Below are positions 1-12,689 of a stretch of DNA of 64,000 nt, in pieces. Below the pieces are notes generated by a model, which was given only the letters and a program-made list of their open reading frames with translations, did no database searches and was not told where the DNA came from. The position numbers were made by a program, and so were the translations under genes. This stretch comes from Isurus oxyrinchus (taxonomy: Eukaryota). The stretch covers positions 85,808,001-85,872,000 of the forward strand of contig JANJGN010000016.1 of the NCBI GenBank assembly GCA_026770705.1, given 5' to 3'. Numbering within the stretch: the first letter of the stretch is position 1; every line of letters begins with the position of its first letter.

Positions 1-3000
1 AAGAGATCATGTGTAGAAGAGATCATGTGTAAACTTGCTGATGCTAAATACTATTCAGAGATCACATGTAGAAGAGATCACGTGTAAAGTAGCTGATGCT
101 AAATACTATTCAGAGATCAGGTACAGAAGAGATCACATGTAAACATGCTGATGCTAAATACTATTCAGAAATCACGTGTAGAAGAGATCACGTGTAAATT
201 AGCTGATGCTAAATACTATTCTGAGATCACGTGTTGAAGTGATCACGTGTAAAGTAGCTGATGCTAAATACTATTCAGAAATCACGTGTAGAAGAGATCA
301 CGTGTAAATTAGCTGATGCTAAATACTATTCAGAAATCACATGTAGAAGAGATCATGTGTAAACAAGCTGATGCTAACTACTATTCAGAGATCATGTGTA
401 GAAGAGATCACGTGTAAAGTACCTGATGCTAAATACTATTCAGAGATCAGGTATAGAAGAGATCATGTAGAGAAGAGATCATGTGTAAACTTGCTGAAGC
501 TAAATACTATTCAGAGATCATGTGTAGAAGAGATCACGTGTAGAAGAGATCACATGTAAACTAGCTGATGCTAAATACTATTCATAGATCAGGTGTAGAA
601 GTGATCATGTGTAAAGTAGCTGATGCTAAATACTATTCAGAGATCATGTGTAGAAGAGATCACGTGTAAAGTAGCTGATGCTAAATACTATTCAGAGATC
701 ATGTGTAGAAGAGATCACGTGTAAAGTAGCTGATGCTAAATACTATTCAGAGATCATGTGTAGAAGAGATCACGTGTAAAGTAGCTGATGCTAAATACTA
801 TTCAGAGATCACGTGTAGAAGAGATCATGTGTAAAGTAGCTGATGCTAAATACTATTCAGAGATCACGTGTAGAAGAGATCATGTGTAAAGTAGCTGATG
901 CTAAATACTATTCAGAGATCACGTGTAGAAGAGATCATGTGTAAATTAGCTGATGCTAAATACTATTCAGAGATCACGTGTAGAAGTGATCATGTGTAAA
1001 GTAGCTGATGCTAAATACTATTCAGAGATCACGTGTAGAAGAGATCAGGTGTAAAGTAGCTGATGCTAAATACTATTCAGAGATCACGTGTAGAAGAGAT
1101 CACATGTAAACTATCTGATGCTAAATAGTATTCAGAGATCAGGTGCAGAAGAGATCACGTGTACACTATCTGATGCTAAATAGTATTCAGAGATCACGTG
1201 TAGAAGAGATCATGTGTTAAGTAGCTGATGCAAAATACTATTCAGAGATCAGGTGCAGAAGAGATCATGTGTGGAAGAGATTATGTGTAAGATAGCTGAA
1301 GCTAAATACTATTCAGAGATCTTGTGTGGAAGAGATCACGAATAAATTGGCTGAAGCTAAATACTATTCAGATATCAGGTGTAGAAGAGATCGTGTGTAA
1401 AGTAGCTGATGCTAAATACTATTCAGAGATCACATGTAGATGAGATCATGTGTAAAGTAGCTGATGCTAAATACTATTCAGAGATCACATGTACAAGAGA
1501 TCATGTGTAAATTAGCTGAGGCTAAATACTATTCAGAGATCACATGTAGAAGAGATCAGGTGTAAACAAGCTGATGCTAAATACTATTCAGAGAAGATGT
1601 GTAGAAGAGATCATGTGTAAACTAGCTGATGTTAAATTCTATTCAGAGATCACGTGTAGAAGAGATCACGTGTAAACTAGCTGATGCTGAATACTATTCA
1701 GAGATCACATGTAGAAGAGATCACATGTAAACTATCTGTGCTAAATACTATTCAGAGATCACATGTAGAAGAGATCACGTGTAAACTAGCTGATGCTAAA
1801 TACTATTCAGAGATCACGTGTAGAAGAGATCACATGCAAAATAGCTGATGCTAAATACTATTCAGAGATCACGTGTAGAAGAGATCACGTGTAAACTAGC
1901 TGATGCTGAATACTATTCAGAGATCACATGTAGAAGAGATCACATGTAAACTATCTGTGCTAAATACTATTCAGAGATCACGTGTAGAAGAGATCATGTG
2001 TAAAGTAGCTGAGGCTAAATACTATTCAGAGATCGCATGTAGAAGAGATCAGGTGTAAACAAGCTGATGCTAAATACTATTCAGAGAAGATGTGTAGAAG
2101 AGATCACGTGTAAAGTAGCTGATGCTAAATACTATTCAGTGATCACGTGTAGAAGAGATCACATGTAAACTATCTGTGCTAAATACTATTCAGAGATCAT
2201 GTGTAGAAGAGATCATGTGTAAAGTAGCTGATGCTAAATTCTGTTCAGAGATCACGTGTAGAAGAGATCATGTGTAAACTAGCTGATGCTAAATACTGTT
2301 CAGAGATCACGTGTAGAACCGATCACCTGTAAACAAGCTGATGCAAAATACTGTTCAGAGATCATGTGTGGAAGAGATCACGTGTAAACAAGCTGATGCT
2401 AAATTATATTCAGAGATCAAGTGTAGAAAAGATCACATGTAAAGTAGCTGAAGCTAAATACTATTCAGATATCACGTGTAGAATTGTTCATGTGTAAGCT
2501 ACCTGATGTTACATACTATTCCGAGATCACGTGTAGAAAGGATCACGTGTAAAGTCGCTGATGCTAAATTATATTCAGAGATCATGTGTAGAAAAGATCG
2601 CGTGTAAATAAGCTGATGCTAAATAATATTCAGTAATGACATGTAGAAGAGGTCACGTGTAAAGTAGCTGATGCTAAATACTATTCTGAGATCACGTGTG
2701 AAAGAAATCATGTGTAAAGTAGCTGATGCTAAATACTGTTCTGAGATCACGTGTAGAAGAGATCATGTGTAAAGTAGCTGATGCTAAATACTATTCAGTG
2801 ATCACGTATAGAAGAGATCACGTGTAAAGTAGCAGTTGCTAAATTCTATTCAGTGATCATGTGTAGAAGAGATCACGTGTAAAGTAGCTGGTGCTAAATA
2901 CTATTCAGAGATCATGTGTAGAAGAGATCACGTGTAAAGTAGCTGATGCTAAATACTATTCACAGATCACATGTGGAAGAGATCACGTGTAAAGTAGCTG

Positions 3001-6000
3001 ATGCTAAATTCTATTCTGAGATCACGTGTAGAAGAGATCACGTGTAAAGTAGCTGATGCTAAGTAATATTCAGAGATCACGTGTAGAAGAGATCAGGTGT
3101 AAAGTAGCTGATGCTAAATACTATTCAGAGATCACATGTAGAAGAGATCACGTGTAAACTAGCTGATGCTAAATACTATTCAGAGATCACGTGTAGAAGA
3201 GATCACATGCAAAATAGCTGATGCTAAATACTATTCAGAGATCACGTGTAGAAGAGATCACGTGTAAATTAGCTGATGATAAATATTATTCATAGATCAG
3301 GTTTTGAAGAGATCATGTATAGAAGAGATCATGTGTAAAGTAGCAGTTGCTAAATTCTATTCAGTGATCACGTGTAGAAGAGATCACGTGTAAAGTAGCT
3401 GGTGCTAAATACTATGCAGAGATCATGTGTAGAAGAGATCACGTGTAAAGTAGCTGATGCTAAATACTATTCACAGATCACACGTGGAAGAGATCATGTG
3501 TAAAGTAGCTGATGCTAAATTCTATTCTGAGATCACGTGTAGAAGAGATCACGTGTAAAGTAGCTGATGCTAAATAATATTCAGCGATCACATGTAGAAG
3601 AGATCACGTGTAAACTAGCTGATGCTAAATACTATTCAGAGATCACGTGTAGAAGAGATCAGGTGTACGGTAGCTGATGCTAAATACTATTCAGAGATCA
3701 CGTGTAGACGAGATCACATGCAAAATAGCTGATGCTAAATACTATTCAGAGATCATGTGTAGAAGAGATCACGTGTAAAGTAGCTGATGCTAAATACTAG
3801 TCAGAGATCATGTGTAGAAGAGATCACGTGCAAAGTAGCTGATGCTAAATACTATTCATAGATCACATGTAGAAGAGATCATGTGTAAAGTAGCTGATGC
3901 AAAATACTATTCGGAGATCAGGTGCAGAGGAGATCACGTGCAAAGTAGCTGACGCTAAATACTATTCAGAGATCACGTGTAGAAGTGATCATGTGTAAAG
4001 TAGCTGATGCTAAATACTATTCAGAGAAGATGTGTAGAAGAGATCACGTGTAAGGTAGCTGATGCTAAATACTATTCAGAGTTCACGTGTAGAAGAGAGC
4101 ACGTGTAAACTATCTGATGCTAAATAGTATTCAGAGATCACATGTAGAAGAGATCACGTGTAAAGTAGCTGATGCTTAATAATATTTAGAGTTCACGTGT
4201 AGAAGAGATCACGTATAAATTAGCTAATGCTAAATACTATTCAGAGATCAGGTACAGAAGAGATCACATGTAAACAAGCTGATGCTAAATACTATTCAAA
4301 AATCACGTGTAGAAGAGATCACGTGTACACTATCTGATGCTAAATATTATTCAGAAATCACGTGTAGAAGAGATCATGTGTTAAGTAGATGATGCAAAAT
4401 ACTATTCAGAGATTAGGTGCAGAAGAGATCATGTGTGGAAGAGATTATGTGTAAGATAGCTGAAGCTAAATACTATTCAGAGATCTTGTGTGGAAGAGAT
4501 CACGAGTAAATTGGCTGAAGCTAAATACTATTCAGCTATCAGGTGTAGAAGAGATCGTGTGTAAACTATATGATGCTAAATACTATTCTGAGATCACGTG
4601 TGGAAGAGATCACATGTAAGGTAGCTGATGCTAAATACTATTCCGAGATCACATGTAGAAGAGATCACGTATAAATTAGCTGATGCTAAATACTATTCAG
4701 AGATCACATGTAGAAGAGATCACGTATAAAGTAGCTGATGCGAAATACTATTCAGAGATCACATGTAGAAGAGATCACGTATAAATTAGCTAATGCTAAA
4801 TACTATTCAGAGATCAGGTACAGAAGAGATCACATGTAAACAAGCTGATGCTAAATACTATTCAAAGATCACGTGTAGAAGAGATCACATGTAAAGTAGC
4901 TGATGCTAAATACTACTCAAAGATCACGTGTAGAAGAGATCACGTGTAAATTAGCTGATGCTAAATACTATTCAGAGATCAGGTATAGAAGAGATCACGT
5001 GTAAACAAGCTGATGCTAAATACTATTCAGAGATCATGTGTAGAAGAGATCACGTGTAAAGTAGCTGATGCTAAATACTATTCAGTGATCAGGTATAGAA
5101 GAGATCATGTGTAGAAGAGATCACGTGCAAAGTAGCTGAAGCTAAATACTATTCATAGATCACGTGTAGAAGAGATCAGGTGTAAAGTAGCTGATGCAAA
5201 ATACTATTCAGAGAACACGTGTCGAAGAGATCACGTGTAAACTGTCTGATGCTAAATAGTATTCAGAGATCACATGTAGAAGAGCTCACGTGTACACTAT
5301 CTGATGCTAAATAATATTCAGAGATCACGTGTAGAAGTGATCATGTGTTAAGTAGCTGATGCAAAATACTATTCAGAGATCAGGTGCAGAAGAGATCATG
5401 TGTGGAAGAGATTATGTGTAAGATAGCTGAAGCTAAATACTATTCAGAGATCATGTGTAGAAGAGATCACGAGTAAATTGGCTGAAGCTAAATACTATTC
5501 AGATATCAGGTGTAGAAGAGATCATGTGTAAACTATATGATGCTAAATACTATTCGGAGATCACGTGCAGAAGAGATCACGTGTAGAAAGGATCATGTGT
5601 AAAGTAGCTGATGCTAAATACTATTCAGTGATAACGTGTAGAAGAGATCACGTGTAAAGTAGCTGATGCTAAATAATATTCAGCGATCACATGTAGAAGT
5701 GATCACGTGCAAAGTTGCTGATGCTAAATACTATTCAGTGATAACATGTAGAAGAGATCACATGTAAAGTAGCTGATCTTAAAATCTATTCAGTGATAAC
5801 GTGCAGAAGAGATCACGTGTAGACTAACTGATGCAAAATACTATTCAGAGATCATGTATAGAAGAGATCATGTGTAAACTAGCTGAAGCTAAATACTATT
5901 CAGAGATCACGTGTAGAAGAGATCATGTGTAAAGTAGCTGAAGCTAAATACTATTCATAGATCACGTGTAGAAGAGATCATGTGTAAACTTGCTGTTGCT

Positions 6001-9000
6001 AAACACAATTCAGAGATCACGTGTAAAGAGATCACGTGTAAACTATCTGATGCTAAATAGTATTCAGAGATCACATTTAGAAGAGATCACGTGTACACTA
6101 TCTGATGCTAAATAATATTCAGAGATCACGTGTAGAAGAGATCATGTGTTAAGTAGCTGATGCAAAATACTATTCAGAGATCAGGTGCAGAAGAGATCAT
6201 GTGTGGAAGAGATTATGTGTAAGATAGCTGAAGCTAAATACTATTCAGAGATCTTGTGTGGAAGAGATCACGAGTAAATTGGCTGAAGCTAAATACTATT
6301 CAGCTATCAGGTGTAGAAGAGATCATGTGTAAACTATATGATGCTAAATACTATTCTGAGATCACATGTAGAAGAGATCACGTGTAAAGTAGCTGATGCT
6401 AAATACTATTCTGAGATCACGTGTAGAAGAGATCATGTGTAAAGTAGCTGATGCTAAATACTATTCTGAGATCACGTGTAGAAGAGATCAGGTGTAAAGT
6501 AGCTGATGCTAAATACTATTCCGAGATCACATGTAGAAGAGATCACGTGTAACCTAGCTGATGGTAACTAATATTCAGAGATCACATGTAGAAGAGATCA
6601 CGTGTAAACTAGCTGATGCTAAACACTATTCAGCGATCACGTGTAGAAGAGATCACGTGTAAGTTAGCTGAAGCTAAATACTATTCAGAGATCACATGTA
6701 GAAGAGATCATGTGTAAACTAGCTGAAGCTAAATACTATTCAGAGATCATGTGTAGAAGAGATCACGTGCAAAGTAGCTGAAGCTAAATACTATTCATAG
6801 ATCACGTGTAGAAGAGATCAGGTGTAAAGTAGCTGATGCAAAATACTATTCAGAGAACACGTGTCGAAGAGATCTTGTGTAAAGTAGCTGATGCTAATCA
6901 CAATTCAGAGATCACGTGTAAAGAGATCACGTGTAAACTATCTGATGCTAAATAGTATTCAGAGATCACATTTAGAAGAGATCACGTGTACACTATCTGA
7001 TGCTAAATAATATTCAGAGATCACGTGTAGAAGAGATCATGTGTTAAGTAGATGATGCAAAATACTATTCAGAGATCAGGTGCAGAAGAGATCATGTGTG
7101 GAAGAGATTATGTGTAAGATAGCTGAAGCTAAATACTATTCAGAGATCTTGAGTGGAAGAGATCACGAGTAAATTGGCTGAAGCTAAATACTATTCAGCT
7201 ATCAGGTGTAGAAGAGATCGTGTGTAAACTATATGATGCTAAATACTATTCTGAGATCACGTGTAGAAGAGATCACGTGTAAAGTAGCTGATGCTAAATA
7301 CTATTCTGAGATCACGTGTAGAAGAGATCATGTGTAAAGTAGCTGATGCTAAATACTATTCTGAGATCACGTGTAGAAGAGATCATGTGTAAAGTAGCTG
7401 ATGCTAAATACTATTCAGAGATCACATGTAGAAGACATCACGTGTAACCTAGCTGATGGTAAATAATATTCAGGGATCATGTGTAGAAGAGATCACGTGT
7501 AAACTAGCTGATGGTAAATACTATTCAGAGATCACATGTAGAAGAGATCATGTGTAAAGTAGCTGATGCAAAATACTATTCGGAGATCAGGTGCAGAGGA
7601 GATCACGTGCAAAGTAGCTGACGCTAAATACTATTCAGAGATCACGTGTAGAAGTGATCATGTGTAAAGTAGCTGATGCTAAATACTATTCAGAGAAGAT
7701 GTGTAGAAGAGATCACGTGTAAGGTAGCTGATGCTAAATACTATTCAGAGTTCACGTGTAGAAGAGAGCACGTGTAAACTATCTGATGCTAAATAGTATT
7801 CAGAGATCACATGTAGAAGAGATCACGTGTAAAGTAGCTGATGCTTAATAATATTTAGAGTTCACGTGTAGAAGAGATCATGTGTAAACTTGCTGATGCT
7901 AAACACTATTCAGAGATCACATTTAGAAGAGATCACGTGTACACTATCTGATGCTAAATATTATTCAGAAATCACGTGTAGAAGAGATCATGTGTTAAGT
8001 AGATGATGCAAAATACTATTCAGAGATCAGGTGCAGAAGAGATCATGTGTGGAAGAGATTATGTGTAAGATAGCTGAAGCTAAATACTATTCAGAGATCT
8101 TGTGTGGAAGAGATCACGAGTAAATTGGCTGAAGCTAAATACTATTCAGCTATCAGGTGTAGAAGAGATCGTGTGTAAACTATATGATGCTAAATACTAT
8201 TCTGAGATCACGTGTGGAAGAGATCACATGTAAGGTAGCTGATGCTAAATACTATTCCGAGATCACATGTAGAAGAGATCACGTATAAATTAGCTGATGC
8301 TAAATACTATTCAGAGATCACATGTAGAAGAGATCACGTATAAAGTAGCTGATGCGAAATACTATTCAGAGATCACATGTAGAAGAGATCACGTATAAAT
8401 TAGCTAATGCTAAATACTATTCAGAGATCAGGTACAGAAGAGATCACATGTAAACAAGCTGATGCTAAATACTATTCAAAGATCACGTGTAGAAGAGATC
8501 ACATGTAAAGTAGCTGATGCTAAATACTACTCAAAGATCACGTGTAGAAGAGATCACGTGTAAAGTAGCTGATGCTAAATACTATTCAGAGATCACGTGT
8601 AGAAGAGATCACGTGTAAATTAGCTGATGCTAAATACTATTCAGAGATCAGGTATAGAAGAGATCACGTGTAAACAAGCTGATGCTAAATACTATTCAGA
8701 GATCATGTGTAGAAGAGATCACGTGTAAAGTAGCTGATGCTAAATACTATTCAGTGATCAGGTATAGAAGAGATCATGTGTAGAAGAGATCACGTGCAAA
8801 GTAGCTGAAGCTAAATACTATTCATAGATCACGTGTAGAAGAGATCAGGTGTAAAGTAGCTGATGCAAAATACTATTCAGAGAACACGTGTCGAAGAGAT
8901 CACGTGTAAACTGTCTGATGCTAAATAGTATTCAGAGATCACATGTAGAAGAGCTCACGTGTACACTATCTGATGCTAAATAATATTCAGAGATCACGTG

Positions 9001-11110
9001 TAGAAGTGATCATGTGTTAAGTAGCTGATGCAAAATACTATTCAGAGATCAGGTGCAGAAGAGATCATGTGTGGAAGAGATTATGTGTAAGATAGCTGAA
9101 GCTAAATACTATTCAGAGATCATGTGTAGAAGAGATCACGAGTAAATTGGCTGAAGCTAAATACTATTCAGATATCAGGTGTAGAAGAGATCATGTGTAA
9201 ACTATATGATGCTAAATACTATTCGGAGATCACGTGCAGAAGAGATCACGTGTAGAAAGGATCATGTGTAAAGTAGCTGATGCTAAATACTATTCAGTGA
9301 TAACGTGTAGAAGAGATCACGTGTAAAGTAGCTGATGCTAAATACTATTCAGTGATAACGTGTAGAAGAGATCACGTGTAAAGTAGCTGATGCTAAATAC
9401 TATTCAGTGATAACGTGTAGAAGAGATCACGTGTAAAGTAGCTGATGCTAAATACTATTCAGAGAACACGTGTAGAAGAGATCACATGTAAAGTAGCTGA
9501 TGCTAAATACTATTCAGAGATCACGTGCAGAAGAGATCACGTGTAAAGTAGCTGATGCTAAATACTATTCAGTGATAACGTGTAGAAGAGATCACGTGTA
9601 AAGTAGCTGATGCTAAATAATATTCAGCGATCACATGTAGAAGTGATCACGTGCAAAGTTGCTGATGCTAAATACTATTCAGTGATAACGTGCAGAAGAG
9701 ATCACATGTAGACTAACTGATGCAAAATACTATTCAGAGATCATGTGTAGAAGAGATCATGTGTAAAGTAACTGATGCTAAATACTATTCAGAGATCACG
9801 TGTAGAAGAGATCATGTGTAAAGTAGCTGATGCTAAATACTATTCAGAGATCACGTGTAGAAGAGATCATGTGTAAAGTAGCTGATGCTAAATACTATTC
9901 AGAGATCACGTGTAGAAGAGATCACGTGAAAACTAGCTGATGCTAAATACTATTCAGAAATCATGTATAGAAGAGATCACGTGCAAAGTAGCTGAAGCTA
10001 AATACTATTCATAGATCACGTGTAGAAGAGATCAGGTGTAAAGTCGCAGATGCTAAATACTATTCAGAGAACACGTGTCGAAGAGATCATGTTAACTAGC
10101 TGATGCTAAATGTTATTCAGAGATCAGGTGCAGAAGAGATCACGTGTAAACTAGCTGATGCAAAATACTGTTCAGAGATCACGTGTAGAACAGATCACGT
10201 GCAAACTAGCTGTTGCAAAATACTGTTCAGAGATCATGTGTGGAAGAGATCACATGTAAACTAGCTGAAGCGAAATAGTATTCGGAGATCACATGTAGAA
10301 GAGATCACTAGTAAACTAGCTGGTGCTAAATACTATTCAGCGATCAGGTGTAGAAGAGATCACGTGTAAACTATCTGATGCTAAATACTATTCAGAGATC
10401 ACATGTAGAAGACATCGCGTGTAAACTAGCTGAAGCTAAATATTATTCAGATATCATGTGTAGAATTGTTCACGTCTAAACTAGCTGATGCTACATACTA
10501 TTCCGAGATCACGTGTAGAAAGGATCATGTGTAATTTAGCTGATGCTAAATTATATTCAGAGATCATGTGTAGAAGAGATCACGTGTAAATAAGCTGATG
10601 CTAAATAATATTCAGAAATGACATGTAGAAGAGGTCATGTGTAAAGTAGCTGATGCTAAATACTATTCAGAGATCACATGTAGAAGGGATCACGTGTAAA
10701 GTAGCTGATGCTAAATTCTATTCAGAGATCACGTGTAGAAGAGATCATGTGTAAAGTAGCTGATGCTAAATACTATTCAGAGATCACGTGTAGAAGGGAT
10801 CACGTGTAAAGTAGCTGATGCTAAATACTATTCAGAGATCACATGTAGAAGAGATCACGTGTAAACAAGATGATGCTAAATACTATGCAGAGATCATGTG
10901 TAGAAGAGATCACGTGTAAAGTAGCTGATGCTAAACACTATTCAGAGATCACGTGTAGAAGAGATCATGTGTAAAGTAGCTGATGCTAAATTCTATTCAG
11001 AGATCACGTTTAGAAGGGATCACGTGTAAAGTAGCTGATGCTAAATTCTATTCAGAGATCACATGTAGAAGAGATCACGTGTATAGTTGCTGATGCTGAA
11101 TACTATTCAG
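1..11110 (+). repeat. 55-bp satellite array (~200 copies; runs off the window's left edge), consensus GTAGAAGAGATCACGTGTAAAGTAGCTGATGCTAAATACTATTCAGAGATCACGT
   Basis: Period 55 read directly (e.g. CACGTGTAAA at 661 and 716). Internal GAGATCACGTGTA sub-repeat and higher-order blocks. Confidence 0.98.
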
Positions 11111-12082
11111 TCTCAGATGTGAGTTTGTGCTTCTGGCAGGTCAAGCTGGATGAACGCTGCTCCTGTCTCTGTACCTTGAACACACCATACGGGTCAAACA
11201 GGTTTCTATGCTGACCTTTTGGTATTAATTCAGCTCCGGAGGTTTTCCACAGAGCAGTGAAGGGGCTGTTTGAAGGGTTAGAGGGCAGTGAAACCTATAT
11301 TGACGATGTGCTGGTCTGGGGAGACTCACGAGAAGAGTACGACCACAGACTGACGCAGGTACTGGCCAGAGCTGGAGAAAGGAGCCTCAAGTTGAAGAAG
11401 GAAAAGTACAAAATAGGTCGTCATGAAATCAAGTCCTTGGGACATGTGCCAACAAGTGAGGGACTGAAACCGGACCCGAGTAAAATCGAAGCAGTTGTGA
11501 ACATGCCACTCCCAGGATGTAAGAAAGACTTGGAGAGGTATTAGGGAATGGTGAGCTATCCTGGGAAATTCATTTCAAACATATCAGACCTGACAGCACC
11601 TCTCAGAGAACTTCCACAAAATGATGTGGAATTGCACTGGGAACAAAGTCACCAGGAAGCTTTGACCTGTCTGGACAGAACACTGACCCATGCACCAGGG
11701 TTAAAGTGTTACGATGTCAGTCACCCGGTCAAGATCTCAGTGGACGCTTCAAAGACTGGCCTGGGAAATGTCCTCTTGCAAAATGAGGCTCCAGTGGCAT
11801 CGGCTTCAAAGGCAACAAGTGAAACACAGCAGCGGGGTGTCCAAATAGAGAAAGAAATGTTAGCAATTGTGTTTGACCTAGAATGTTTCCATCAGTCTGG
11901 CAAAGACATGGAGGCAGAGTCTGATCATAAGCCTTTGGAAGCTCCACTTAAAAACCCTTAAACTGTGCACCACCAAGAATCCAAAGATTATTAATGTGTC
12001 TGCAGAAGTACCAGGCCAGAGTTAAATAGAAACCAGACATGGAAATGTACATCGCAGACTCTCTGTCACGTGCATACCCAGA
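11065..12082 (+). mobile_element. Decayed Ty3/Gypsy pol fragment (reverse transcriptase + RNase H)
   Basis: One frame reads VEEITCIVADAEYYSVSDVSLCFWQVKLDE...NTPYG...PFGINSAPEVF...YIDDVLVWG...LGHV...KPDPSKIEAV...VDASKTGLGNVLLQ...QIEKEMLAIVF...SDHKPLE, then MYIADSLSRA after a frameshift. In-frame stops present. Confidence 0.95.
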
Positions 12083-12329
12083 GACACGCACTCACGCAGA
12101 GATACACATACATACACCCCCACCCAGACACACGCACACATACCAGAGACTCTCATACGCACAGATAAACGCACACAAACACACACCTCTCCACTTTCTA
12201 TACTCCTTGAGGGCTTCTGCTGTTTTCAGCCCTCTGTATCTGCCATAAGCTTCCTTTTTTTCCTTATCCAATCCTCTATATCCATGTCCTGGGGACAGTG
12301 CTCTGGGCTGTCACCTCCTGGGTGATCTC

Positions 12330-12620
12330 CCTCCATATTGACTGCATGAGCTGCCTCTGTAACCTCCTTCCCCACTCCCTGTGGGTGAGGGACATCCCTT
12401 CTCCTCTGGACCTCCTCCACCAGGGCCTCCAGAGTCACATCTGAGAAGCTGTGGACCCTCTCACTGGGTCACTGAGACATCCTGTAACTCTCACTTCCCT
12501 CCCAGTCAGCACACTCCACACCTTCAGCGGAAGTGGGTTAGTGCCGGTTACATATCCATCTCCAGAAACATCGCTTCCAATCAGTGTTTGAGTGTTAAAG
12601 GTGCAGGTGTCCCTTTTAGC
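12330..12620 (-). mobile_element. Probable Harbinger transposon Myb/SANT-like ORF remnant
   Basis: Minus strand reads SERVHSFSDVTLEALVEEVQRRRDVPHP...EAAHAVN, resembling the Harbinger Myb-like N-terminus (RFSDxxLEALVEEVxxRRxVL). Recalled similarity only. Confidence 0.45.
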
Positions 12621-12689
12621 AGCCAGAGGGAGGTTTATATCATGGACATTGAGGACAAACTCTGACCTCAGGAAAGGGGCAGTTTCGGA

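Noticed and set aside
1-11110. CRISPR-like regular periodicity
   Set aside because: No unique spacers, no cas genes, vertebrate context: an ordinary tandem satellite.
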